Shown in pieces: positions 8,590 to 16,651 of a DNA stretch of 24,000 nt. Numbering within the stretch: position 1 is the first letter of the stretch; each line of letters opens with the position of its first letter. Made by a program: the position numbers and the translations under genes. The DNA is from Nitrososphaeraceae archaeon (GTDB lineage: Archaea; Thermoproteota; Nitrososphaeria; Nitrososphaerales; Nitrososphaeraceae), in assembly GCA_021325295.1 (NCBI GenBank), contig JAJPHM010000057.1:10896-34895 (forward strand), in the 5' to 3' direction. A model generated the notes under the pieces. It was not told where the DNA came from. It saw only the letters and a program-made list of their open reading frames with translations, and ran no database searches.

Positions 8590-9432
8590 CTAACCGTAGG
8601 ATTCGAACTTTATGTCGTAGCTTCCATCCTTTCTCTTGTTGCGCTCTGTAACAAAGCCCTTTGGAACAAGATAATCAAGAGCGCCATCTACAGTTCCCTG
8701 CCAGCCACATATGTAAAATGAAGTGTTCTCTGGAGTTATTCTTTCGCCAACCAGCTGCTCAACTGGCGACAGGTCTTCTCCGGGCTTTGGCATCAGGAAC
8801 GACTCGACTCTGCCTTTCTGTCCCGACCATGTCCTGTTAAACCACTCTTGCGGCCTGCTTATGCTTGCCCTGTATCTGAAATTCCATTTGTCCTTTCCCT
8901 TGTCCAGACTCTCTTCCTCAAGCGAAGTAAGCAGGTCCTTGTAGCCAAGTTCGTCTACATAGCTTGCTCCATGAAGCACCACTATTTCCCGCTTGCTTCC
9001 CATTGCCTTTAGGTGCAAAGAGTACGAGATAAATGGCGCTACGCCTGTTCCTCCGGCGATAAGGATCATTCTCCTGTTGTCCGGAGAGCCGTCGTGCATC
9101 TTTTCGTTAATGGTGAATAGTCCCGTTGGTTTTACCCAAATTATCTCGTCTCCTTCCTTTCTGTTAAATAACTCGGTAGTAAGACGGCCCGGCAGTGGCT
9201 TTCTGACCCACCTTATGTACAGCTCAAAATGCCTTTTTTGTTCAGGAGGGGAAGCGATAGAATAGGCCCGGCGTATAACCTTGTTCTCAGATGGCACAAA
9301 ATGTCCCAGTGTAACAAACTGTCCAGCCTTGAAATCTGGGACTGGACCATTATCCGGCTTTACACGAAAGATCGCAAGGTCTTCTTTGATAATTTGAATA
9401 TATGTCACTTTACCCTTGTTATCAACTACCAT
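8590..9432 (-). CDS. Ferredoxin-NADP(+) reductase family flavoprotein
   Basis: 280-aa ORF. The FAD-binding motif is RAYSIAS (RxYS). The NAD(P)-binding motif is LIAGGTGVAPF and a C-terminal YICG motif is present. A TATA-like GTATTTATTTG is centred about 29 nt upstream of the ATG. Confidence 0.75.
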   Translation of the reverse strand: MVVDNKGKVTYIQIIKEDLAIFRVKPDNGPVPDFKAGQFVTLGHFVPSENKVIRRAYSIASPPEQKRHFELYIRWVRKPLPGRLTTELFNRKEGDEIIWVKPTGLFTINEKMHDGSPDNRRMILIAGGTGVAPFISYSLHLKAMGSKREIVVLHGASYVDELGYKDLLTSLEEESLDKGKDKWNFRYRASISRPQEWFNRTWSGQKGRVESFLMPKPGEDLSPVEQLVGERITPENTSFYICGWQGTVDGALDYLVPKGFVTERNKRKDGSYDIKFESYG

Positions 9433-9658
9433 ATCTGCTCAGCTTCATTTTATGGCAAATAAATACATTATTGATAGCTGGAATGCCTCGATGGTCTAGC
9501 TAGTGCAATAATTAAAACCAAACCTGCAACTAATTGAACAAAACGATGGCATTTCCTCACTTAATAATCGCTACGGAGCAGTATAACCTGCAGTATAATG
9601 GAGCCACAATGACTACGAGGCAGCAAATCTTAAGTGGATTTATAGCTCCATTTATCAC

Positions 9659-9961
9659 ATGGTAGATTGGTTCAAAGGAAGGGGCTTTTTTGGAGGCTCA
9701 GATGAGATAGATCAGCTTACTCAGGCGATAAATGAGGCAAGTGATGAGCAGAGAAAGCTTCTTGGTGTATTCAACAAAGCTATGAATAATTTTGCAACAG
9801 AAAGATCACTTGAGAGCTGTCTTGACGCTCTGAATGCATCAATACAGATAGCGACTATCAGGGGAAAGCTTGTCGAGTCGTACGAATACTATGCCAGGCT
9901 GCTTGAGCGTGAAATAATGCGACTGGGCAAGGCAAGTGATCGTAACAGACCACAATCATAG
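9659..9961 (+). CDS. Hypothetical small helical protein
   Basis: 100-aa ORF with an ATG start and predicted helical composition. No motif recognised. Confidence 0.4.
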   Translation: MVDWFKGRGFFGGSDEIDQLTQAINEASDEQRKLLGVFNKAMNNFATERSLESCLDALNASIQIATIRGKLVESYEYYARLLEREIMRLGKASDRNRPQS

Positions 9962-9994
9962 TGAATGAATACAAGTTGATGGGCAATCAGTCAA

Positions 9995-10627
9995 TCAGCC
10001 AGTCAGATCTGGTGCAGGAATAGGCTTTGATAATTTTGCAAATTCGTCAAAGAGTGCATATGCATGCCTGTTATTTACGAAGAGCAGGTACATTCCTTCG
10101 TCCATCAGATTTTTCATTTCCACAGCGATCTCTTCAACTTTTGTAACTGGGAAATAGGAGAGCGAGTCAGTGACAAGCATAACAGTGGTGTCAGCATAGT
10201 TATCCACAAGCTCAAAGAGTATGTCCTCAAGTGTGCCAAAAAAGTTCAGGTCATACTGGTCTATTCTTGGCCTAAAGAATGCACCGATTGTCTCAGTTTC
10301 AGTATCGCTATCTACACCTGTCAACAACTGTTCTCCCTGCGGTACTTTTGATCCTACAATTGGCAGCGATATTGATCCGCCATTACTGCGAGCAAAGTTC
10401 TTGCCGTACTCGATTTTACTGTAGCCATTTTCCAGAAAAAATTCCCCGGTCGCCTTTAGCAGCTGCTCTTCTGTCATCCAATCAGATATTCTATCCTTGT
10501 TTCTGTTCTCATTAAGGCGCGAAAAGAAAACCTTGGGACTTATCATGTGGGTGTGTGAAGTTGTCAGAAAAAACAGTCGCGCCGCGCTCACTAATAAATG
10601 ATTATCATCTGCACATAATGAATTCAA
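9995..10627 (-). CDS. Hypothetical protein
   Basis: 210-aa ORF. The first 27 residues look non-native, so the Met at 10546 (MISPKVFFSRL) may be the true start. No motif recognised. Confidence 0.45.
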   Translation of the reverse strand: MNSLCADDNHLLVSAARLFFLTTSHTHMISPKVFFSRLNENRNKDRISDWMTEEQLLKATGEFFLENGYSKIEYGKNFARSNGGSISLPIVGSKVPQGEQLLTGVDSDTETETIGAFFRPRIDQYDLNFFGTLEDILFELVDNYADTTVMLVTDSLSYFPVTKVEEIAVEMKNLMDEGMYLLFVNNRHAYALFDEFAKLSKPIPAPDLTG

Positions 10628-10741
10628 TTGTAACTACCTAACCTACCATTATTTTCAGCGGCATTTCAGTATAGGTTTGGTAGTCCGCTGTGTCTGCCCA
10701 AGCTGCAAAGCAATCGGCTAGTGCTACTACTTCAATATTGA

Positions 10742-11620
10742 CTAGCGAAAAACCACGCGATTTTTTATTGTGCCTAGCTTTTCGATAGCAATCTCGACGA
10801 CATCTCCGTCCTTTAGATACCTCGGCTCCTTCATTGACATAGCCACGCCAGCAGGCGTTCCGGTTGATATAATATCGCCTGCTTCCAGAGTCATCATCGA
10901 GCTTAGGTCTGAAATTATCCTCCTTACCGAAAGCACCATATTGCTGCTAGATGAGTTTTGCCTCACCTCTCCATTTACCTTTGTAACTATGCGCAGGTTC
11001 TGCGGGTCTGGCACCTCGTCTCTTGTTGTTATCCACGGGCCGCAAGGCGCAAAAGTGTCTATTCCTTTGCCGCGGGTAAACTGCTTGTCTTTAAACTGTA
11101 TATCCCTTGCAGAGACATCATGCATTATCATGTATCCAAATACAGAATCCATTGCCTGTTCCTCAGATACTTTTTTTGTATCCTTGCCAATTATTACTGC
11201 AAGCTCGGCTTCATAGTCAAGCCTCGATATTGATGCAGGTGAGATAATATCGCGGAACGGTGAGTTCAGAGCTGTCCTTGGCTTCATAAAGATAACCGGC
11301 TCATTTGATGGCACAAGTCCGGCGTCTCTGGCATGGTCATAATAATTGAAAGCCAGACATAGTATCTTTGGCGGGTTTGGTATTGGATGCAAAAGCTCCA
11401 CGTCGTCGATGCCACAATTAAATTCGAGTTTTTTTGCATAGTGCTTAACTTCATCAATCCAGCCTCTGAACATAAAGTCCTTGATGTTTGGCGGAAGAGG
11501 TATTCCTGTCTGCATCTGCATCTCTTCTCTTGTGACAAGCTTTCTGCCATCGTCAGAAATGAGGGCGTAGGATTCACCGGCGCCGCTGTGACTGTTTGCT
11601 TTAATTCTGGCGATCTTCAT
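10742..11620 (-). CDS. Fumarylacetoacetate hydrolase (FAH) family protein (2-keto-4-pentenoate hydratase / oxaloacetate decarboxylase-like)
   Basis: 292-aa ORF. It shows typical FAH-domain patterns: KILCLAFNYYDHA, VIFMKP, LDYEAELAVIIGK, GYMIMHDVSARD, TRGKGIDTFAPCGPW, GDIISTGTPAGV. It starts 7 nt after the GluRS stop. Confidence 0.8.
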   Translation of the reverse strand: MKIARIKANSHSGAGESYALISDDGRKLVTREEMQMQTGIPLPPNIKDFMFRGWIDEVKHYAKKLEFNCGIDDVELLHPIPNPPKILCLAFNYYDHARDAGLVPSNEPVIFMKPRTALNSPFRDIISPASISRLDYEAELAVIIGKDTKKVSEEQAMDSVFGYMIMHDVSARDIQFKDKQFTRGKGIDTFAPCGPWITTRDEVPDPQNLRIVTKVNGEVRQNSSSSNMVLSVRRIISDLSSMMTLEAGDIISTGTPAGVAMSMKEPRYLKDGDVVEIAIEKLGTIKNRVVFR

Positions 11621-11627
11621 CGGATCA

Positions 11628-13460
11628 CTACCTGTGGGTCAGTATAGCAGAGTTGCTGCTATCTATGCTGCAAAATCCAAACCTGACAAGCTGGATTTCT
11701 GTTCCTCTCTTTAGCGTGGAAATAAACGACTCGGCAAAACCCTGAATCACTTCGAGGCTATTTTTATTGTATTCTTCGCCAACGTACAGCTCCTTAGGCA
11801 CAAGTACCTTGAAGGGAACCTCATCGCCTTTTGCAACCCATTGGACCTTTGGCATTGATTGCACTACCTCGTTTCCAGCGTACTCTGCCACAATAACACT
11901 CGGGGCACTTGCAGTTTTCTGCTCGCGCGGTTCATGTTTCTCTGGCGAATATGCAGACTCGGAGGAGTCGGGGTCGGATTTGGATCCGGATTTCAGGTCT
12001 GCTGTAGAGGATATCCTGATGTTGTACAGCTCCATCAACCTCAACACATCACCGGCCTTGAGACCTTCTGCGTCCTTTCCTGATATATAGACAGAATCAT
12101 AGACGCCAACAGTCCTGCTGCCAAGATCCAAGACAGGGTGGTTTTTCAGCACGGCCTTAGCTGGCGTGACATTTAGGACCTTTACTTCGACAGGATCTGG
12201 AACAAAGTAAAGCCTCATGCACAGAGGATCGATTATCTTTCTGTTGAATGCCTCGAGCGTCTCAAAAGGCGGCTTTGTGTCTGCCAGAGTCAATCCAAGA
12301 GATAGCACAAACCTTCGTATGGCCTGTGGCACAAAGCCCCTTCTTCTGAGCGCCGCAAGTGTAGGCAGCCGCGGGTCATCCCAGCCGGATAGTATTCCCT
12401 CCTGAACCAGAGGCGTAATCTTTCTCTTTGAAACAGGAAGCCCATCAAACTCAAGCCTGGAAAACTCAAGCAACCGGGGCTTTCGAAGCTGAAGCCGGTC
12501 CAGAATTGCAAAATAAAGCTCGTTTCGCAGCTCATATTCTTTTGTCCTCATTGCATGTGTCACTCCGTCATGGCTGTCTTCAATTGGGGCCGCAAAGTCA
12601 TATGTGGGCCAGAGCGTTACCTTGTCACCAAGCAGGGGATGATTGCCCTCTATTATTCTAAATAGTGTTGGGTCTCTCATGGCAGTATTTGGGTCAGACA
12701 TGTCACCCTTGAATCTGATTATTGCCTCGTTCTGCCTGTACGAGCCTCCAAATATCTTGTCTGTCCTCTCAAGTATATCGGCAGATTCGGACCGGCATTC
12801 ACATGGAAGGCCCTTGCCCCGGAGGTCATGGATTCTATCGGTGCTGCATGTGCATACGTACGCTCCTCCAGCCTCAATCAGCTTTCTTCCATAGCTGTGC
12901 AAAAGGCTAATGTCGTCTGAGGTATTTTTTTCAAGATCAGGCTTTACACCGAGCCATTCCAGACCCTCGCGGATGGCATCGTAATATTCTGCCCTTTCTT
13001 TCAGCGGGTTTGTATCGTCAAAGCGCAATACAAGACGGCCGCTGTACATTCTGGCATACTCTTCGTCGATTATCGCAGCTTTGGCGTGCCCTATATGCGG
13101 GTAGCCGTTTGGCTCTGGCGGAAAACGAGTTACAACTTGGCCCCCAACTGCTCCTTCAAGTGGAGGAAGGTGCGGCTGCGAAGCATCGTGCCTTTCCTTC
13201 TCCTTCTCTTTCTCTTTCGAACCCTGTTCAGGCGCAAGGTCTGCCATGAGGGCCCTCTGCGCCTCCAGTGTCATAGAGTTGACCTCTCTTACCAGAGCAG
13301 ACATGTCTGCAACAATCTGCTTTATCTTGGCCCGGAGTTCTGGTCTTGAGCCCATAAGTTTGGAAATAACAGCATCCAGCTGTGCCTTGCCGCCATGTTC
13401 TATGGCATTTTTGAGGGCAATGACTTTGATTAGCTTCTCTGTGCCTTCATCAATTGACAC
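11628..13460 (-). CDS. gltX: Glutamyl-tRNA synthetase, archaeal type
   Basis: 610-aa ORF with a GTG start 6 nt after the GGPPS stop. The class I HIGH motif is PEPNGYPHIGHAKAA and the KMSKS-like motif is PVSKRK. The N-terminal ALKNAIEHGGKA domain is typical of archaeal GluRS. Confidence 0.85.
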   Translation of the reverse strand: MSIDEGTEKLIKVIALKNAIEHGGKAQLDAVISKLMGSRPELRAKIKQIVADMSALVREVNSMTLEAQRALMADLAPEQGSKEKEKEKERHDASQPHLPPLEGAVGGQVVTRFPPEPNGYPHIGHAKAAIIDEEYARMYSGRLVLRFDDTNPLKERAEYYDAIREGLEWLGVKPDLEKNTSDDISLLHSYGRKLIEAGGAYVCTCSTDRIHDLRGKGLPCECRSESADILERTDKIFGGSYRQNEAIIRFKGDMSDPNTAMRDPTLFRIIEGNHPLLGDKVTLWPTYDFAAPIEDSHDGVTHAMRTKEYELRNELYFAILDRLQLRKPRLLEFSRLEFDGLPVSKRKITPLVQEGILSGWDDPRLPTLAALRRRGFVPQAIRRFVLSLGLTLADTKPPFETLEAFNRKIIDPLCMRLYFVPDPVEVKVLNVTPAKAVLKNHPVLDLGSRTVGVYDSVYISGKDAEGLKAGDVLRLMELYNIRISSTADLKSGSKSDPDSSESAYSPEKHEPREQKTASAPSVIVAEYAGNEVVQSMPKVQWVAKGDEVPFKVLVPKELYVGEEYNKNSLEVIQGFAESFISTLKRGTEIQLVRFGFCSIDSSNSAILTHR

Positions 13461-13466
13461 TTGCGT

Positions 13467-14480
13467 CTACAGGCTCCTCTCTACAACAAAGTTTGCAGAA
13501 GATTGGAGTGCCCGCTTTGCTGGTGAATCGTCGTATTCTTCGATCCACTTTAGGGCCTCATCCATGTATTCTCTGGCGGCGCTTCTTACCGCATCGTCTA
13601 TGCCAATGTCTGAAATTACCCTGACAGCCTCACGGAGGTCCGAACTTGAGGCGGATTTTGATCCAAACACTTTGAGGATCTTGTCACGGTCATCATTTTT
13701 AGAATTCTTGAGCGCAAGGAGAATCGGATATGTTTTCTTGCCTTCTCTTATGTCGTTGCCCACTGCCTTGCCTGTGAGCTTTGTGTCCCCGATTACACCG
13801 ATAAGGTCATCTACGAGCTGGAAGGCAATGCCAATGTTCCTTCCAAAAGATGCCAGGTTAATAACATCGTCTGTGCCAGTACGATGTGAAGGCGCAGAGA
13901 GTGCTCCCAGAGCACACGATGCCTCAAACAGCGATGCGGTCTTTTTGCCTATCATGCTGATGTACTGAGACTCACTTGGGAACTTGGAGCTTGAAGATAC
14001 GTCAACATCAATGGCCTGACCCTCGCAGATGTTTATGCAGGCTGTTGCGACACGAGAGACAATATCAGAGATTGCCTTATCGGCAATCCCGGACTTTCTG
14101 CCATGGATAACCAGAATCTGAAACGCTTTTGAAAACAGAATATCACCCGAGAGTATGGCAAGCGGCATACCGTAGCACTTGTGGACAGTAGGAACGCCGT
14201 GGCGCAGATCGTCATTATCCATAATATCGTCATGGACAAGTGTAAAGTTGTGCACAAGCTCAATGCAGGCTGCAGCTGGCAGGGCGCGCTTGATGTCAGC
14301 TCCAAACATCTCTGCACTTTTGATTACCATAAAGGGCCTAAGCCTCTTGCCACCGCTGCTGATATAGTGAGCAGATGCCTGGTAGAGTTCCTTCGGTTTA
14401 CCATGAAGGTTAGAGAGTATGAACTCGTTTACCGCAGATGCATACGATTCCAGCTCATCTCGAATGTTGCCTGCCTTCAT
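13467..14480 (-). CDS. idsA: Short-chain (E)-polyprenyl diphosphate synthase, most likely geranylgeranyl diphosphate synthase
   Basis: 337-aa ORF. The first Asp-rich motif is LVHDDIMDNDDLRHG and the second is FQLVDDLIGVIGD. An aromatic Phe sits at position -5 before the first motif (FTLVHDD), which in archaeal type I enzymes limits product length to about C20. Confidence 0.8.
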   Translation of the reverse strand: MKAGNIRDELESYASAVNEFILSNLHGKPKELYQASAHYISSGGKRLRPFMVIKSAEMFGADIKRALPAAACIELVHNFTLVHDDIMDNDDLRHGVPTVHKCYGMPLAILSGDILFSKAFQILVIHGRKSGIADKAISDIVSRVATACINICEGQAIDVDVSSSSKFPSESQYISMIGKKTASLFEASCALGALSAPSHRTGTDDVINLASFGRNIGIAFQLVDDLIGVIGDTKLTGKAVGNDIREGKKTYPILLALKNSKNDDRDKILKVFGSKSASSSDLREAVRVISDIGIDDAVRSAAREYMDEALKWIEEYDDSPAKRALQSSANFVVERSL

Positions 14481-15567
14481 TGGTAGCTACCTCCTGTGCT
14501 AAAGCGCCTGTCAATATATATCTTGAGCTTCTCAGTGCGGCAATGCTGCCGGAGCCCGTCAAGAACATGCTGCTCTTGAGTTCTGACAGTATTGTATCTG
14601 CAAACGCAAAGAGAGATTCCCTTGATTCTGATGCGCGGCGGAGAAACGGATAAGCCATTGCAGCCATGCTTGCACCAAGGACGATGCACTTGGCTACTTC
14701 AAGGCCACTACGAAGTCCACCCGATGCAATAATCGGTATCTTGACTGACCTTGCCACCTCAAGAAGGCTCTGCGCCGTAGGTATGCCCCAGTCCCAGAAC
14801 ATATCGCCAAGGTGAGATTTCGGACCGTTTCTTGCAGATTCTGCCCGCAATTTTTCAACAGCTGCCCAGCTTGTACCGCCTGCGCCTGCGACATTGATTG
14901 CAGACACGCCGGCCATCTCCAGCCTAATCGCCACCTCTCTAGAGATTCCTGAGCCTACTTCTTTGACTATGACCGGAACCTGCACCTCTTTGGCAAGCTC
15001 GGCGATTTTTTTCAATACTCCTCTGTACCGGGGCTCGCCTTCTGGCTGCACAAGCTCTTGCAGCGGATTGAGGTGCACTGCGATAGCATTGGCCTTTACC
15101 ATCTGAACTATCTTGCGGGCATCGTCTATGCTCAGGCCCTTGGCAAGCTGGGCGCCGCCTATATTTGCTATCAGAAATGCATGAGGGGCATTCTTTCTTG
15201 CTATGGAATATGTCTCAGCCAAGTCGCTGCTTTTGAGGCCTGCTCTCTGACTCCCAAGCCCCATACCAAAGCCGTACTTTTCAGCAAGCTCACCTAACCT
15301 GCCATTTATTATGGTAGCTTCGGGTGTCCCGCCCGTCATCGAGTCTATTATAATCGGAGCCGAGAACCTGTGGCCAAGAAAAGTAGTAGATGTGTCAATA
15401 TCGTCATAATCGATTTCTGGCAGCGCATTATGCACAAGCCTGACATGTTCTAGATAGTTTGATGTTGCCCTTGCTTGGACATTTTTTTGGAGCGGGATCT
15501 CTATACCGTCTTTTTTACGCTGCTTTATTATTTCAATATCAGCAGGCAGGTCCGATGCGTCAGGCAA
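14455..15567 (-). CDS. fni: Type 2 isopentenyl-diphosphate delta-isomerase (FMN-dependent)
   Basis: 370-aa ORF with a TTG start. It has TIM-barrel flavoprotein motifs characteristic of IDI-2: QRKKD..EI, SAPIIIDSMTGG, GLGSQR, VIVKEVGSGIS, IIASGGLRSGLEVAK. Its last 26 nt overlap the GGPPS start. Confidence 0.85.
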   Translation of the reverse strand: MPDASDLPADIEIIKQRKKDGIEIPLQKNVQARATSNYLEHVRLVHNALPEIDYDDIDTSTTFLGHRFSAPIIIDSMTGGTPEATIINGRLGELAEKYGFGMGLGSQRAGLKSSDLAETYSIARKNAPHAFLIANIGGAQLAKGLSIDDARKIVQMVKANAIAVHLNPLQELVQPEGEPRYRGVLKKIAELAKEVQVPVIVKEVGSGISREVAIRLEMAGVSAINVAGAGGTSWAAVEKLRAESARNGPKSHLGDMFWDWGIPTAQSLLEVARSVKIPIIASGGLRSGLEVAKCIVLGASMAAMAYPFLRRASESRESLFAFADTILSELKSSMFLTGSGSIAALRSSRYILTGALAQEVATNEGRQHSR

Positions 15568-15655
15568 GTTAGAGTTGTCCCATCTCCACTTTATCTGTTG
15601 TTCCTTTTGCGCCTCTCTTTATTTTGTTTTCCATTCGCATATCAGACCCTGACTT

Positions 15656-16447
15656 CTAGCTACTTAGGAGCCCTTTAATGCGCGTGCCGACCACCTTTTT
15701 CCCTCTTGCTGCATCTACTATGCGCGCAGGCTCAAGGCCGTTTACCAGCATTACATCCATGCCAAGAGAAGCTATCTTTGCAGCTTCTGCAACTTTTCTC
15801 TTCATGCCGCCAGTGACATCTGTTCCGGCAGGGCCAAATCCAATATCGGCTGAGCCCGTCTTGGCGCTTCCATTTTGCAGTTCTATTTCAGCCACCAGCT
15901 TTTTGCTGTGCATATCTTGGTATATCCCGTCAACATTTGTTGCAAATATTACTCTGGACGGCTTGATCTGTCCTGCAATGAGCGACATCAGAGAGTCTCC
16001 TGAGAAAATTGAATAACTTGCATCCTTAATGTGAACCATGTCTCCAAATGTTACAGGGATAACTCCATTTGCAGCCATTGTCGCAAGTGCTGCTATTCCT
16101 GACTTTATCGGCCTGCGGCTGGAAGTAAAAGATGAAGGCGGGAGGCCGTATGGGTTCATGCCATGCTCTAACATGGCATTGACGATAATCTGGTTGAGTG
16201 CAACCATTGATTCGTGCACAACTGCGACGCCACGTGAGTCGTAGGGCGCCGGCTTGGTGTGCATGTCATACTTTACTGACCAGTAATGCCCAAACGACCC
16301 GCCACCATGTACTATGATAAACGGGATTTCCTTGAGGCCTGCAAGAGCGATACAGATATCGCGTATTGCCTTTGTATTTGCTTCAAGTGGTCTGTCCTTG
16401 AAGGTAATCACAGAGCCACCAAGCTTTATGAGCGCGATATCCTTCAA
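15656..16447 (-). CDS. ipk: Isopentenyl phosphate kinase (amino-acid-kinase fold)
   Basis: 263-aa ORF. Its TTG start is the only start codon after the in-frame TAA at 16475-16477. Motifs are IKLGGSVIT, IVHGGGSFGH and VDGIY. It sits next to IDI-2 and GGPPS, as in many archaeal alternative-mevalonate-pathway loci. Confidence 0.8.
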   Translation of the reverse strand: MKDIALIKLGGSVITFKDRPLEANTKAIRDICIALAGLKEIPFIIVHGGGSFGHYWSVKYDMHTKPAPYDSRGVAVVHESMVALNQIIVNAMLEHGMNPYGLPPSSFTSSRRPIKSGIAALATMAANGVIPVTFGDMVHIKDASYSIFSGDSLMSLIAGQIKPSRVIFATNVDGIYQDMHSKKLVAEIELQNGSAKTGSADIGFGPAGTDVTGGMKRKVAEAAKIASLGMDVMLVNGLEPARIVDAARGKKVVGTRIKGLLSS

Positions 16448-16590
16448 TGCAACCGACTTTAATTTGCAGCAGATTTAAAGTTTAGTTACGCAGCGGGCCT
16501 TATTTTGCACCTGCTGCTGATTTTTCTGATTAACCTTCGTCCTTCAGCTTGCAGTACAAGAAGAGAACCAGACTGCAACGGAGAATGACT

Positions 16591-16616
16591 GAAAAAAGAC
16601 AAGCAAAAGAAAAATC
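16591..16616 (-). terminator. T-rich tract downstream of the surface protein gene (putative terminator)
   Basis: The minus strand reads GATTTTTCTTTTGCTTGTCTTTTTTC, beginning about 36 nt after the stop codon at 16652-16654. Confidence 0.35.
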
Positions 16617-16651
16617 AGGCCTGACGAAATGAATCTCGTATGGTCTGTTGG

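Noticed and set aside
9546-9665. 39-aa ORF (MAFPHLIIATEQYNLQYNGATMTTRQQILSGFIAPFITW) upstream of, and overlapping, the start of 9659..9961.
   Set aside because: It is too short and has no motif, promoter spacing or conservation evidence that I can evaluate from sequence alone.
13160-13460. The N-terminal roughly 100-aa extension of GluRS (ALKNAIEHGGKA…) as a possible novel GatB/YqeY-like domain fusion.
   Set aside because: As far as I recall, archaeal GluRS enzymes normally carry this N-terminal domain, for example the methanogen enzymes beginning …ALLNAVKHRG…. It is therefore the standard architecture and not a novelty.
13246-13968. 240-aa plus-strand ORF antisense to the GGPPS/GluRS junction. 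Similar long antisense ORFs lie at 1211..1845, 10770..11216, 3857..4306, 4750..5139 and 15678..16016.
   Set aside because: All lie opposite strongly supported genes with clear family motifs and have Ser/Leu/Cys-rich, low-information sequences. They are typical shadow ORFs created by the codon bias of the sense gene.
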